NCBI GenBank assembly: GCA_050250375.1
Contig: JBFWOS010000001.1
Location: forward strand, 91,346-155,345
Reading direction: 5' to 3'
Length of the DNA: 64,000 nucleotides
Origin: Candidatus Omnitrophota bacterium
GTDB lineage: Bacteria; Omnitrophota; Gorgyraeia; Zapsychrales; Zapsychraceae
The notes under the pieces: generated by a model
Database searches by the model: none
The model's input: only the letters and a program-made list of their open reading frames with translations
What the model was told of the DNA's origin: nothing
Shown: one piece after another, positions 48,565-57,778 of the stretch
Layout of the letters: each line of letters opens with the position of its first letter
Numbering within the stretch: position 1 is the stretch's first letter
Position numbers and translations under genes: made by a program

Positions 48565-51500
48565 TTAAAATTTCTTAAAAATGGAATCGAGGACTCCTTC
48601 AATAAGGATCTGCTCCGGGGCTTTTTCCGGTTGTGCCGGCGGAGCCGTTTCTCCCGACGGCGCAGTCTGTTTGATGCCTTGGGCCGGTTGCGTCCCGCCT
48701 GATGCCGGGGTTTCCGGGCCGGAAGCCGGCGCCTTTTCTCCCGAATCAAATGTCTTATTGAACAGTTTCTGCAATTCCTCACGGCCCTTATTTTTAAGCG
48801 CGTTTGCCGCCAGATCTTTCAAGTCAGGAAAAAATTGGACGTTGGGACCTTTCCCGGTAATCAGCAGCGGGAACCGGATCCTCTTTTGTTCATCGTAGAG
48901 GTATTCCAGCTGCGGCGCCGCCTGAGCCATATACTGCGACATATCCTGCGGAATAATAAATATCCCGTTAAACGTATAACGCTGGTCGAATCCGACCTGG
49001 CCAGTTCCAGTAAAGAGAAAATTGTCCGCGGTCAGATTAAATGATTTGATCTTGACCAGGCTGTTTTCTATGCCGATTGTCATAGTCGCGTCGGTAATGA
49101 CCGTATCTTTCTGGTTAAGCCGTGTTTTTAAATCCGGCGGAAGAATGGACTCGATCGTCTGCCGGAAATTGGAGATAATCTTGATATTATCAAGAACCAA
49201 CGCCAGGATGTTGATATCGGTGAGCCGCCCTTCCTTAAACGCCAGGTTCCCCTGCCCCGTCAGGGCCTCCATCATCACGTTCGGTTCAAAGCCGTGCCCC
49301 TGGATCGCAAGCTCTCCGTTAATAACACCCTGAACCTTAACCGCGAAATCCTTTTGGTTGATGATTTCAGCCAGACTTAAATCGATCAATTTCGTGTCGG
49401 CCTGATAACGCTGTTCCTTCACAAAATCAGTCAAGGACCCTTTGAGCGATAAACTGCCCTTCCCGAGTTTAAGGACGATTTCCTCCATCGTCACATTATT
49501 CCCCGCGAACTGAATCTTGGCCTGGACCGGATCGACCGGCGCGTTTAATTCCTTGAGCACGACCCTGCCGTTTTTAAATTCCATGGTCCCGTTCACCGGT
49601 CCGAGGCCTGACGGCCCGGCCGTCAATGAACTTAAGGCGACGGAGGCCTGCCCTTTTAACTCGACCGGTAACGGCGCGTCTTTAAGCGCCGCGATGCTTT
49701 GTTTCAGCCGGTCTAACGATAACGCCGATAAATCCGTCTGGAAATTCAGCCCGTCGATCTTGATCTCCTGGGTCTGCTGGTTCAACGCGGCCTTTGTCTC
49801 AAACGAAAAATTCGGCCGGTCACTCAGGTAAGCCAGTTCACCCTGCACACTGAACGGCCCGCCGTTCAGCGAAAAATCTTTGATGTTAAGTTTGGCCTGC
49901 GACACATCAAGACCGACACCCGGAGCGATTTCCTTAAATGACACCTGCCCCCCGGATAAAGACACATCCATGGACAGCGATTCAAGTCCGGCAGGTCCGG
50001 CCGCGGCATCCTTGATCGATACCCGGCATTTTCCGGCCAGCTTGTCCGGCAGCGGGACATCTTTGAGCGCGGGCGCGCTTTCCTTGATTTGCGCAAGCGA
50101 AAACCCGGCCAGGTCGGTTTCAAACGTCGTATCCCTCAGGCGCACTGATTGTTTTTCCAGATTAAATACGCCGTAGCCGTCAAGCGAGACATTCGGCACC
50201 GGATTCATAACACCGGCTTTTAAAGAAAAAGAAAACGGTCCGTTCAGCGAAAAATCTTTTAACGCCAGGTTTATGCCCTGCACAGACAACGCCGCCCCGC
50301 TCTTGTCCTTAAGGCTCACCGCTCCATTGGTCAAACCGAAGTTCATATTAAGAGAAGTCAACCCGGCAGGCCCCGCAGAAAATTCATTGAGGTCCAGACG
50401 GATATTTCCCGTCAGCTTATCCGGAAGCGGCTGGTCCTTGAGCATCGGAACGGCAGACTTCAGCTGGTCCAGCGAATAAGAAGACAGGTCGGTGGTCACG
50501 GACACTCCGCTTAAGCGGACGCTCTGTGACATCATGTCAAACAGGGCCTTGCCCTGGACTGTGATATTCGGCTGATCGTTCAGATACGCGGCAGAGACAT
50601 TCCATTGAAACGGATTGTTTAACGAAAATCCGGTCACACCGACGTTGATCTTTGAGGCCGCAAACGATACGCCGGGCGCGGCTTCTTTGATCGCAATCTT
50701 TCCGTTTTCAAATTTGACATCGGCGTTGACGGACGTCAGTCCCTGCGGTCCGGCCGCAAGTTCTTTGACCGTTAGTGTAAACTGACCGCCCAGCACTTCC
50801 GGAAAAGGGACATTTTGGGGGATGACCGGAAGCTGACGGATCGCGTCAAAAGAGATCTTGTCCAAATCTGTTTTAAGGCTGAATTGTGAAAGGGTAACCG
50901 CCGACGTTTTCGGGTCAAGCCGGACCTTGCCTTCCACCCGGATATTTTCCTGCTGGCCGAAAACCGCCGCGCCCAAAGAGACCTTAAACGGCGCGCTTAA
51001 TGAAAATCCGTTAACCATCAGGGATGCCTGCGTCACGCTCAGCTTCATTTCAGGATCGAAGGTGCGGTCAATGACGGTAATTTCGCCCCCGGTCATTTCA
51101 ACGGTATCCACAAACACAGCCGGCAAATCCGCCGGCTTTGCCGCAGGGGATGACGGGCCTGATCCCCCGGTCCCGGGCTGCGAAGGATTTTCCGCCGGAG
51201 GAGTTCCGATCGTCTGGGCATTGATCTGTCCGTCTTTATCCCGAATAATGGTTACCCGCGGTGATTTGATCTGCACCCGGGTGACCGCGATCTCCTTCTT
51301 CATAATATACGACAACACGTTCACACTGACAAAGACTTCATCGACACTGAAAAAATCGCCTGTTCCGAAAGCGGAACTTTCACTGATCGTCACTCCGTTA
51401 ATCGCGAAGCGTACGCCCTGGCTGATGGAAGGTTTTAAATCAATCGTCTTAAAATCAACCGTGCGGTTAAGCGCCGAATTCGCGGCCGCGACAATCTGGG

Positions 51501-51606
51501 TTTTATAACGGTTAACGTCCAGTGTTTTCAGGAAGATAAAAACACCCGCCAACAGCAGGACAAACAGGATTAAAACTACAAGGATAATTCGTTTAAGGAT
51601 TTTCAT
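48565..51606 (-). CDS. AsmA-family protein with internal repeats
   Basis: N-terminal TM plus DVNRYK..LNR AsmA start; beta-rich repeats; AsmA-like C-terminus. Confidence 0.85.
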   Translation of the reverse strand: MKILKRIILVVLILFVLLLAGVFIFLKTLDVNRYKTQIVAAANSALNRTVDFKTIDLKPSISQGVRFAINGVTISESSAFGTGDFFSVDEVFVSVNVLSYIMKKEIAVTRVQIKSPRVTIIRDKDGQINAQTIGTPPAENPSQPGTGGSGPSSPAAKPADLPAVFVDTVEMTGGEITVIDRTFDPEMKLSVTQASLMVNGFSLSAPFKVSLGAAVFGQQENIRVEGKVRLDPKTSAVTLSQFSLKTDLDKISFDAIRQLPVIPQNVPFPEVLGGQFTLTVKELAAGPQGLTSVNADVKFENGKIAIKEAAPGVSFAASKINVGVTGFSLNNPFQWNVSAAYLNDQPNITVQGKALFDMMSQSVRLSGVSVTTDLSSYSLDQLKSAVPMLKDQPLPDKLTGNIRLDLNEFSAGPAGLTSLNMNFGLTNGAVSLKDKSGAALSVQGINLALKDFSLNGPFSFSLKAGVMNPVPNVSLDGYGVFNLEKQSVRLRDTTFETDLAGFSLAQIKESAPALKDVPLPDKLAGKCRVSIKDAAAGPAGLESLSMDVSLSGGQVSFKEIAPGVGLDVSQAKLNIKDFSLNGGPFSVQGELAYLSDRPNFSFETKAALNQQTQEIKIDGLNFQTDLSALSLDRLKQSIAALKDAPLPVELKGQASVALSSLTAGPSGLGPVNGTMEFKNGRVVLKELNAPVDPVQAKIQFAGNNVTMEEIVLKLGKGSLSLKGSLTDFVKEQRYQADTKLIDLSLAEIINQKDFAVKVQGVINGELAIQGHGFEPNVMMEALTGQGNLAFKEGRLTDINILALVLDNIKIISNFRQTIESILPPDLKTRLNQKDTVITDATMTIGIENSLVKIKSFNLTADNFLFTGTGQVGFDQRYTFNGIFIIPQDMSQYMAQAAPQLEYLYDEQKRIRFPLLITGKGPNVQFFPDLKDLAANALKNKGREELQKLFNKTFDSGEKAPASGPETPASGGTQPAQGIKQTAPSGETAPPAQPEKAPEQILIEGVLDSIFKKF

Positions 51607-51694
51607 ATCTTTAATATATTTGAGATTAATAAAACGACAGGAATAATATCCACCATCCTAGCAAATCCGTTTGGGTTGTCAATGGCTGTGTTGT

Positions 51695-52024
51695 CTATCC
51701 GCAGGAACTCTCACACGCGAAGGCCTGGGGCATATCGTTTTTATACAATTCTTCGCAGGATTTGACACATTCGACGCAAACCTGATACTGGGCCGATTCA
51801 ACCCGCCAGCAGCGGCCGTCGACCAGCTGGCACTGCGCGTACACCCGGCAACGGTCGCCAAAGGCGTACATCATCGTGCACATCTCAGCGACATTCGGAC
51901 CGCACTGGATCTCAAGGCCGTGGCAGTTTTCGATCCCGCATTTCTCCTCTGCGGCCCAAAGCGGATCCGCAGCCGTAACCCCGACAACCAAACACAAGGA
52001 CAACAGTTTAATAAGCTTCATCAT
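51695..52024 (-). CDS. Secreted Cys-rich small protein
   Basis: Signal peptide; 12 Cys in the mature part; SD GGAG. Confidence 0.8.
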   Translation of the reverse strand: MMKLIKLLSLCLVVGVTAADPLWAAEEKCGIENCHGLEIQCGPNVAEMCTMMYAFGDRCRVYAQCQLVDGRCWRVESAQYQVCVECVKSCEELYKNDMPQAFACESSCG

Positions 52025-52032
52025 CTCTCCTC

Positions 52033-52944
52033 CTATTGGTCGTACTTGTAGCCGTATTGTTTGACTTCCGTCATCGTGACCGGGATCTTCGCCCCGTTCG
52101 CCAAAGTCATGGGTGTCTCAAACAGCCGGTTCATTTCCTCGGAATAAATCAGCATAGTCTGCGGATCAATCAGGCGCACACCGCTTCCAGACAATTTAAC
52201 GTCTCCCAGGTCGACCGCGTCCAGCGCGCCATCGGCCATTTCTTTAATCCCGCCGTACATCCCGTCCATGAACTTCGTGAGTCCCGCCGGATTCGCGTCA
52301 TATTGGAATTCGATCCGCGCACAGCGGGTCTGGCCGCAAGGGACCATGTCCCTGAGGATAAAAATCGCCGTAAACTCGATCGTATTTCCGTCCGGCAGGG
52401 TAAACTGGCTTTCCGACAGCCACGTTTCTCCGACGGTTATTTCCCGTCCGATAAAATCACCGACCCGTCCGTTATATTCGGCCTTCTCTTTATTCACCAT
52501 GGCTTCAACACTGATGCTCTTAAGGATCTCTGCAGGCGTGTTTGCCGGAAGACCGGCCTTCATCTTCTCGACAAATTCTTCAAACCCGTTTACATACACG
52601 AAATGTCCGTCCGGATCCAGATGGAGATCGTATTTCATATCGAACATCGGCTGTGTAATTGAATCCGGGACCGGCTGGCCGTCACGGGTCATCGTAATGA
52701 GCAGCGGCACGGCTTTGAGGGAATATCCTTGTTCCGTCTTTTTAATCACCACCTTGACCGTTCCTTCGGTCTGGTCCACCTGTTTTTTTAAAGACCCGAA
52801 TTCTTTGGTGCGTTGCGCGCTGTAGGTTTCCCGGTAAGAAATTCCGTCCGGCGGATTAAAGACAAACCGGACGGTCTCCTGCGCTGCGGCCGTACGGGTC
52901 ATGAGTAGAAAAATAATAATAAACAAACCGTATGTTCGTTTCAT
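52033..52944 (-). CDS. Secreted hypothetical beta-rich protein
   Basis: Signal peptide AAA/Q; 4-bp overlap with the upstream gene. Confidence 0.8.
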   Translation of the reverse strand: MKRTYGLFIIIFLLMTRTAAAQETVRFVFNPPDGISYRETYSAQRTKEFGSLKKQVDQTEGTVKVVIKKTEQGYSLKAVPLLITMTRDGQPVPDSITQPMFDMKYDLHLDPDGHFVYVNGFEEFVEKMKAGLPANTPAEILKSISVEAMVNKEKAEYNGRVGDFIGREITVGETWLSESQFTLPDGNTIEFTAIFILRDMVPCGQTRCARIEFQYDANPAGLTKFMDGMYGGIKEMADGALDAVDLGDVKLSGSGVRLIDPQTMLIYSEEMNRLFETPMTLANGAKIPVTMTEVKQYGYKYDQ

Positions 52945-53738
52945 AATAATCCTTCCGGTCCTATTGCAGACCCGTTCTTCTTCAAAAATTCAACCAGGTC
53001 AGACAAATTGTTTCCCTGTCCGTCCACCGTAACGTCAAGTCTTTCCGCCGGTAATTGCAGGCGGTTCACCCAGAACGTCGGGTATCCGAACCATTTGGCT
53101 CCGGAGGCATCCCATCCGGCGAAGGCGACAAACAATATTTCTTCGCGCTTCAGACCCAGGGCATCCATTCCCAGCTGATAAGCCTTCGGGTCCGGTTTGT
53201 ATGTCCGCGCTTCATCCGTGCTGATGACCCGGTCAAAATACTGATCCAGTCCGGAATGATCAATCCCGGCGTTAAGCATGTCCCCGGTCATATTGGATAA
53301 AAAAATCATCCGGATACCGCTGGCCTTCAAGGCCTGCAAGGCAGGAAGCACATCCGGCCACGGTTTTAATGTCAGGTAAGCCCCCATCAGCTGACGGCGT
53401 TTATCCTCGGTCAGGTCGAGTTTGAGTTTATCACAGGCATACACCAGCGCGTCTTCCGTCACCGCCCAGAAATCCTTGTACTGTCCGCCGGAAACCCGCA
53501 GCCACGTATACTCAAACTGGCGCGTGCGCCATTCATCGCCCAGGGCTTTGCCTTGTCCGGGAAACAATTCTTCAGCCAGGGCAAAGACCGGCCGCGGGTC
53601 AAACACCGGAAACGCGTCGAACGCAACGGCCTTTATGGAGGATTGATTTTGCGCGTCCGCGGGAAGGACCGAAAGATTTCCGGCCAGAATTAAAAAACCG
53701 GTCATGAATGTTTGAAAAGATAAACGTGTTAAAATCAT
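52941..53738 (-). CDS. Haloacid dehalogenase type II-like protein with signal peptide
   Basis: AFDAFPVFD, WRTRQFEYTW, LSN, YKPDP, WDASGA. Confidence 0.88.
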   Translation of the reverse strand: MILTRLSFQTFMTGFLILAGNLSVLPADAQNQSSIKAVAFDAFPVFDPRPVFALAEELFPGQGKALGDEWRTRQFEYTWLRVSGGQYKDFWAVTEDALVYACDKLKLDLTEDKRRQLMGAYLTLKPWPDVLPALQALKASGIRMIFLSNMTGDMLNAGIDHSGLDQYFDRVISTDEARTYKPDPKAYQLGMDALGLKREEILFVAFAGWDASGAKWFGYPTFWVNRLQLPAERLDVTVDGQGNNLSDLVEFLKKNGSAIGPEGLL

Positions 53739-53747
53739 CCTTGCTCC

Positions 53748-54071
53748 TTATCCGTTAAAATGAATGGCCAGCCAGACCGTTTGTCCATCGGAGTCTGTCC
53801 ATTCAACCCGGTGGTTCATTCCGGAGGGGATCAACAGATAATCCCCTTCTGTCAGCAGGACGGGATTGGGCGCCCCTTCAAACAGCAGGCCTGCCTTCCC
53901 CTTTAATAACAACACCCATTCGTCCCAGTCCGAAACCAGCCAATCCCCGTCAGGAGTCGCCTGCCCCTGCGAGACAATCCGTTCCACTTTCATTCCCGGA
54001 CGGGTCAAAAGATCATCAAAAATTTCGTTGTGTGAAGCATCCGGCAGGTTTTTAAAAATGTTATTCAGCAT
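53748..54071 (-). CDS. Cupin-domain protein
   Basis: VERIVSQG, EWVLLLKG, HRVEWT, WLAIH. Confidence 0.9.
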   Translation of the reverse strand: MLNNIFKNLPDASHNEIFDDLLTRPGMKVERIVSQGQATPDGDWLVSDWDEWVLLLKGKAGLLFEGAPNPVLLTEGDYLLIPSGMNHRVEWTDSDGQTVWLAIHFNG

Positions 54072-54079
54072 AATTTAAA

Positions 54080-54163
54080 GTGATCAGGGATCAGGGTTCA
54101 GTGATCGTAGGGGAATAACAACCGTGGCCTAACGATAAATATTGATCACTGATCACTGATCCC
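54080..54163. repeat. Two inverted arrays of 7-bp repeats
   Basis: GTGATCA GGGATCA GGGTTCA GTGATCG (54080-54107) and TGATCAC TGATCAC TGATCCC (54143-54163). Confidence 0.85.
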
Positions 54164-56050
54164 TTCTTTTAGTCCTTCCAGAAACTCCCAGCGTTCAAAG
54201 GCCGCCAGCAAATCATCTTCAATCTTTTCCAGCTGGACCTGGACTTCCTGGATCTTTTTTTTGTCCTGTTTATAAAACTCCGGGTCTTCCATGATATTGT
54301 AGATTTTATCCTGCTGGTCTTCAAGTTTCGCGATTTTGGCGGTCACACTGTTCAATTCGCGCTGTTGTTCAAACGTAAGTCCGGGTTTGGAAAAAATTTT
54401 TGCAGGCGTTTCCTCCTCATCGCTGTCCATTTGATATTTGGACGGAACGTTATTCTGTTTCTGATTGAGCCAGTCATCGTAACCGCCGGGGTATTCCCCG
54501 ATCTTCCCGTCCCCTTCAAAGACAATGGTTGAGGTCACGACATTATTGAGAAAGGCCCGGTCATGGCTGACCAGTAAAAGAGTCCCGGCATATTCGACCA
54601 GCAATTCTTCAAGCAGTTCGAGTGTTTCGATATCAAGGTCATTGGTGGGCTCATCCATCACCAGAAAATTAAACGGCTGGGTAAACAGCCGCGCGAGGAA
54701 CAAACGGTTCCGTTCCCCGCCGGACAAGACCTTGACCGGGGTGCGCGCGCGTTCGGGTGAAAATAAAAAATCCTGAAGATACCCGACCAGATGCCGCGGT
54801 TTGCCGTTGATCATGACCGTGTCGCCTGAACCGCCGCTGATATTCTCGATGACGGATTTTTCTTCATCCAGCTGCTGACGGAGTTGATCGTAATAAGCGA
54901 TTTCAAGGTTGGTACCGAGTTTGACGGTCCCCTGTTTGGGGGCGAGTTTGCCCAGCAGGATTTTTAGCAGGGTCGTTTTGCCGCTGCCGTTGGGACCGAT
55001 CAGTCCGATCTTGTCCCCGCGCATGATCTGCGTGGTAAATTTCTGAATCAGGCAGACATCCCCGTAACCGTGGCTGATGTTCACCGCCTTGATCACCTGC
55101 CGTCCGGACATTTCCGCTTCCTGCGCGGTCATGCGCACCTTGCCGGTCTGCCGGCGCTGGGCGAGTTTTTCGACGCGCAGACGTTCCAGGGCCTTGACCC
55201 GTCCTTCATTGCGGGTGCGCCGGGCCTTGATCCCTTTGCGGATCCAGATCTCTTCCTGAGCGAGTTTCTTGTCAAAATGTTCGTTGTGCGCCGTCTCGAT
55301 CTCAAGTTCCAATTGTTTGCGTTCCAGAAATGTTTTGTAATCACACATCCAGCTGTACATCCGGCCGCGGTCCAGTTCAATAATACGCGTCGCCAGATGC
55401 GACATAAACATCCGGTCATGGGTCACAAAAAAAAGTGTGCCGCGGTATTGTTTGAGGAATTCCTCAAGCCAGTTGATCGTGTCCATGTCCAGATGGTTCG
55501 TCGGTTCGTCCAAAAGCAAAATGTCGGGATTGAGCACAAACGCCCGGGCCAGCATCACGCGTTTTTTCTGCCCGCCGGACAGATTTTCAAAAGGCTGGTC
55601 GGGATCGAGTTTCATCTGGGCCACCATCTGTTCGACCGTGCGGTCGATTTCCCAGCTGTTGGTGCGGTCCATTTCGGCCTGCAGACGGTCGAGTTCGCGC
55701 ATCAGCGCCGGGGTATGTTCCGTCTGCAGACGATGCATGAGATGATGGTATTCGCTGACCGTTTTGGCCTGTGCGCCGAGGCCTGAAAGGACAATATCAA
55801 AGACATCCCCTTTCAGTTCGCCGGGGATTTCCTGAGGGAGATGCGTGACCAGCACCCCTTTTTGATAAATAATCTTACCGGTATCAACTTCCAGCTGTTT
55901 GTTCATGACCTTCATGAGCGTCGTTTTCCCGGTCCCGTTACGGCCCAGCAGCGCCACCCGTTCACCGGGTTCGAGCTGCAAACTGATGTTATCAAATAAA
56001 AGCGGCCCGCCCAAGGACAGGCTTATATCCTGCAGACTGATCACAGCCAT
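54146..56050 (-). CDS. uup: ABC-F ATPase Uup
   Basis: Two ABC cassettes (GRNGTGKT/LSGGQ/LDEPTN; GPNGSGKT/LSGGE), WIRKGIKARRTRNEGR linker, coiled-coil C-terminus. Confidence 0.92.
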   Translation of the reverse strand: MAVISLQDISLSLGGPLLFDNISLQLEPGERVALLGRNGTGKTTLMKVMNKQLEVDTGKIIYQKGVLVTHLPQEIPGELKGDVFDIVLSGLGAQAKTVSEYHHLMHRLQTEHTPALMRELDRLQAEMDRTNSWEIDRTVEQMVAQMKLDPDQPFENLSGGQKKRVMLARAFVLNPDILLLDEPTNHLDMDTINWLEEFLKQYRGTLFFVTHDRMFMSHLATRIIELDRGRMYSWMCDYKTFLERKQLELEIETAHNEHFDKKLAQEEIWIRKGIKARRTRNEGRVKALERLRVEKLAQRRQTGKVRMTAQEAEMSGRQVIKAVNISHGYGDVCLIQKFTTQIMRGDKIGLIGPNGSGKTTLLKILLGKLAPKQGTVKLGTNLEIAYYDQLRQQLDEEKSVIENISGGSGDTVMINGKPRHLVGYLQDFLFSPERARTPVKVLSGGERNRLFLARLFTQPFNFLVMDEPTNDLDIETLELLEELLVEYAGTLLLVSHDRAFLNNVVTSTIVFEGDGKIGEYPGGYDDWLNQKQNNVPSKYQMDSDEEETPAKIFSKPGLTFEQQRELNSVTAKIAKLEDQQDKIYNIMEDPEFYKQDKKKIQEVQVQLEKIEDDLLAAFERWEFLEGLKEGISDQ

Positions 56051-56130
56051 GAATTTAGTGTTCCTTTATTTTAAGGGTGAATGTTCGGTGTTGAAAACAT
56101 TCGGACATGGATCGTTTAAATTATTCCCTT

Positions 56131-56367
56131 TTATGTCCGGCGTAAGGGCTTTAACAAATAATCCAGACCGTTCAATTTGATTTCGTACAGACTTTTCAGC
56201 ATGTCTCCGAGCTGGCCGGCCGGGAATCCCTTGCGGCCGAACCACAGAATGTATTCTTCCGGCAGGTCAATCAGCCGGTAATCCTTGTATTTTCCAAACG
56301 GCATTTTCATGCGCGTCATCTTCAAAAAAAATTCTTCGTCAGGGATCAGTGGATTATCTTCGGACAT
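56131..56367 (-). CDS. DUF3820-family protein
   Basis: KMPFGKYK..LIDLPEEY..W, YEIKLNGL; start MSEDNP. Confidence 0.85.
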   Translation of the reverse strand: MSEDNPLIPDEEFFLKMTRMKMPFGKYKDYRLIDLPEEYILWFGRKGFPAGQLGDMLKSLYEIKLNGLDYLLKPLRRT

Positions 56368-56428
56368 AATTTGAATTTTTTGGAGAAACTTCCAAACAGG
56401 ATATTTTATTGTTTGGAGTTTGCGGAAA

Positions 56429-56854
56429 CTATTCCGCCTCTGCCTTGATCCGGATCGTTGCGTCCGCGCCGGGCCCGACCCCGATAAATTTCCCGCTGAG
56501 ATCAAAACCGAGATCAATTTCAACGGACTTGATATTTTTATTCACCTTCAGACTGCTGACGATATCGTTGACAAAATCGTTAATCTCTTCCTGGGAACGC
56601 CGCACGCCCTGCCGCAGTTTGTCGGCGGGGACGACTGTCTTTTTCTCAGGCACGTCACTCTTGATATAGGTCCTCTCCGGGCTGGGACTGCGCCACGGTT
56701 CGCGTTTCTTGAAAGAATCATATCCTTTCGATTGTTCAGGTTCCCCGTCCCCGTATTTAAAAGGACGTTTGGTTCCCGCCGGCCGTTTTTCAAAACGGGT
56801 GAAGGCATGTTTGCCGGGACTTTTAGCCGGGCCGCGTTTGCTCTTGGTCTTCAT
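56429..56854 (-). CDS. Hypothetical protein with basic N-terminus and Pepco/Trypco-like C-terminus
   Basis: SD AAGGAG; VPADKL..., IKSVEIDLGF..G..IG.G....IRI. Confidence 0.6.
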   Translation of the reverse strand: MKTKSKRGPAKSPGKHAFTRFEKRPAGTKRPFKYGDGEPEQSKGYDSFKKREPWRSPSPERTYIKSDVPEKKTVVPADKLRQGVRRSQEEINDFVNDIVSSLKVNKNIKSVEIDLGFDLSGKFIGVGPGADATIRIKAEAE

Positions 56855-56957
56855 GATGCTCTCCTTGATGAATTAAACTCATTGATCGGTCGTATGTGCA
56901 CGTCAGCAGACACAGGCCAGTCCCCCATCCCCTGATACGCGTACCCGTATCCCTTAA

Positions 56958-57347
56958 CTATTCTGAAAAATCAAATTCCCTGGTACTGATCGAATATTCC
57001 TTCAACGCCTTCAGCGGAATATAATCGAGCGTTCTCTCATTGGTCGCTTCCAGGATCACCTTGGGCGCCTTGCCCGCGTCATAGGCCTCCAGCCACCGCA
57101 GCGCGCACAGGCACCAGCGGTCGCCTTCAATCAATCCCGGAAAATCAAACTGGGGCATCGGGGTGGACAGATCATTGCCGGCTTTCCTTGAGAATTCCAG
57201 AAAATCATCCGTGGCAACGATACAAACGGTGTGGATACCAAAATCCTCCTGGCCGGTGTTGCAGCATCCGTCGCGGTAAAATCCGGTCATGGGAAACTTC
57301 GAGCAGGATTGTAATTTTGTTCCCAAAACATTTTTCTGGTCTAACAT
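56958..57347 (-). CDS. DUF2237-family protein
   Basis: NVLG, PMTGFYRDGCC, GNDLSTP, GDRWCLCALRW. Confidence 0.93.
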   Translation of the reverse strand: MLDQKNVLGTKLQSCSKFPMTGFYRDGCCNTGQEDFGIHTVCIVATDDFLEFSRKAGNDLSTPMPQFDFPGLIEGDRWCLCALRWLEAYDAGKAPKVILEATNERTLDYIPLKALKEYSISTREFDFSE

Positions 57348-57360
57348 GCTGATCCCTTCT

Positions 57361-57407
57361 TAAACAACAGGGGACAACCCCCAAAAATAATCAGGTGCCG
57401 CCCCCTG
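57361..57407 (-). terminator. Probable intrinsic terminator after the small ORF
   Basis: Minus-strand RNA CAGGGGGCGGC pairs with GUUGUCCCCUG (G-U allowed), followed by UUGUUUA. Confidence 0.55.
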
Positions 57408-57427
57408 CTTATGGTTCTAATCGAAAA

Positions 57428-57496
57428 CTATTTGCCTTTTTTGGCTGCTTTCTGATTACTTTTTTTACCTTTTGATTTTGGACTTTTGTCACCCAT
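57428..57496 (-). CDS. 22-aa lysine-rich small protein MGDKSPKSKGKKSNQKAAKKGK
   Basis: AAAGGAGG SD 6 nt before ATG, TAG stop, terminator downstream; below ORF-track cutoff. Confidence 0.7.
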   Translation of the reverse strand: MGDKSPKSKGKKSNQKAAKKGK

Positions 57497-57743
57497 GGCG
57501 TTCCTCCTTTTTATCGCGTCTTTTTCCTTAATTAGAAAAATGTTTCGCGAATAATAAATTATGAATTAATGAATAATTTCCCGGAGTCAATCGCTGTTGT
57601 CAATACGTGCACTATTTTACAATAAATAAACAGAAATGCTATTTAAATTAATGAGTGATCACTGAAAACCCAAGCCATTTAGTTTTCTTTTTAAACGAAA
57701 TCACTTGGCCAAACCAGCGTTTTGGAAAATTAGCATAACAGTC

Positions 57744-57778
57744 CAATCACCGATCACTGATCCCTGATCCCTGATCAC
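57744..57778. repeat. 7-bp tandem repeat array
   Basis: CAATCAC CGATCAC TGATCCC TGATCCC TGATCAC, spanning the rlmL-like stop. Confidence 0.85.
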
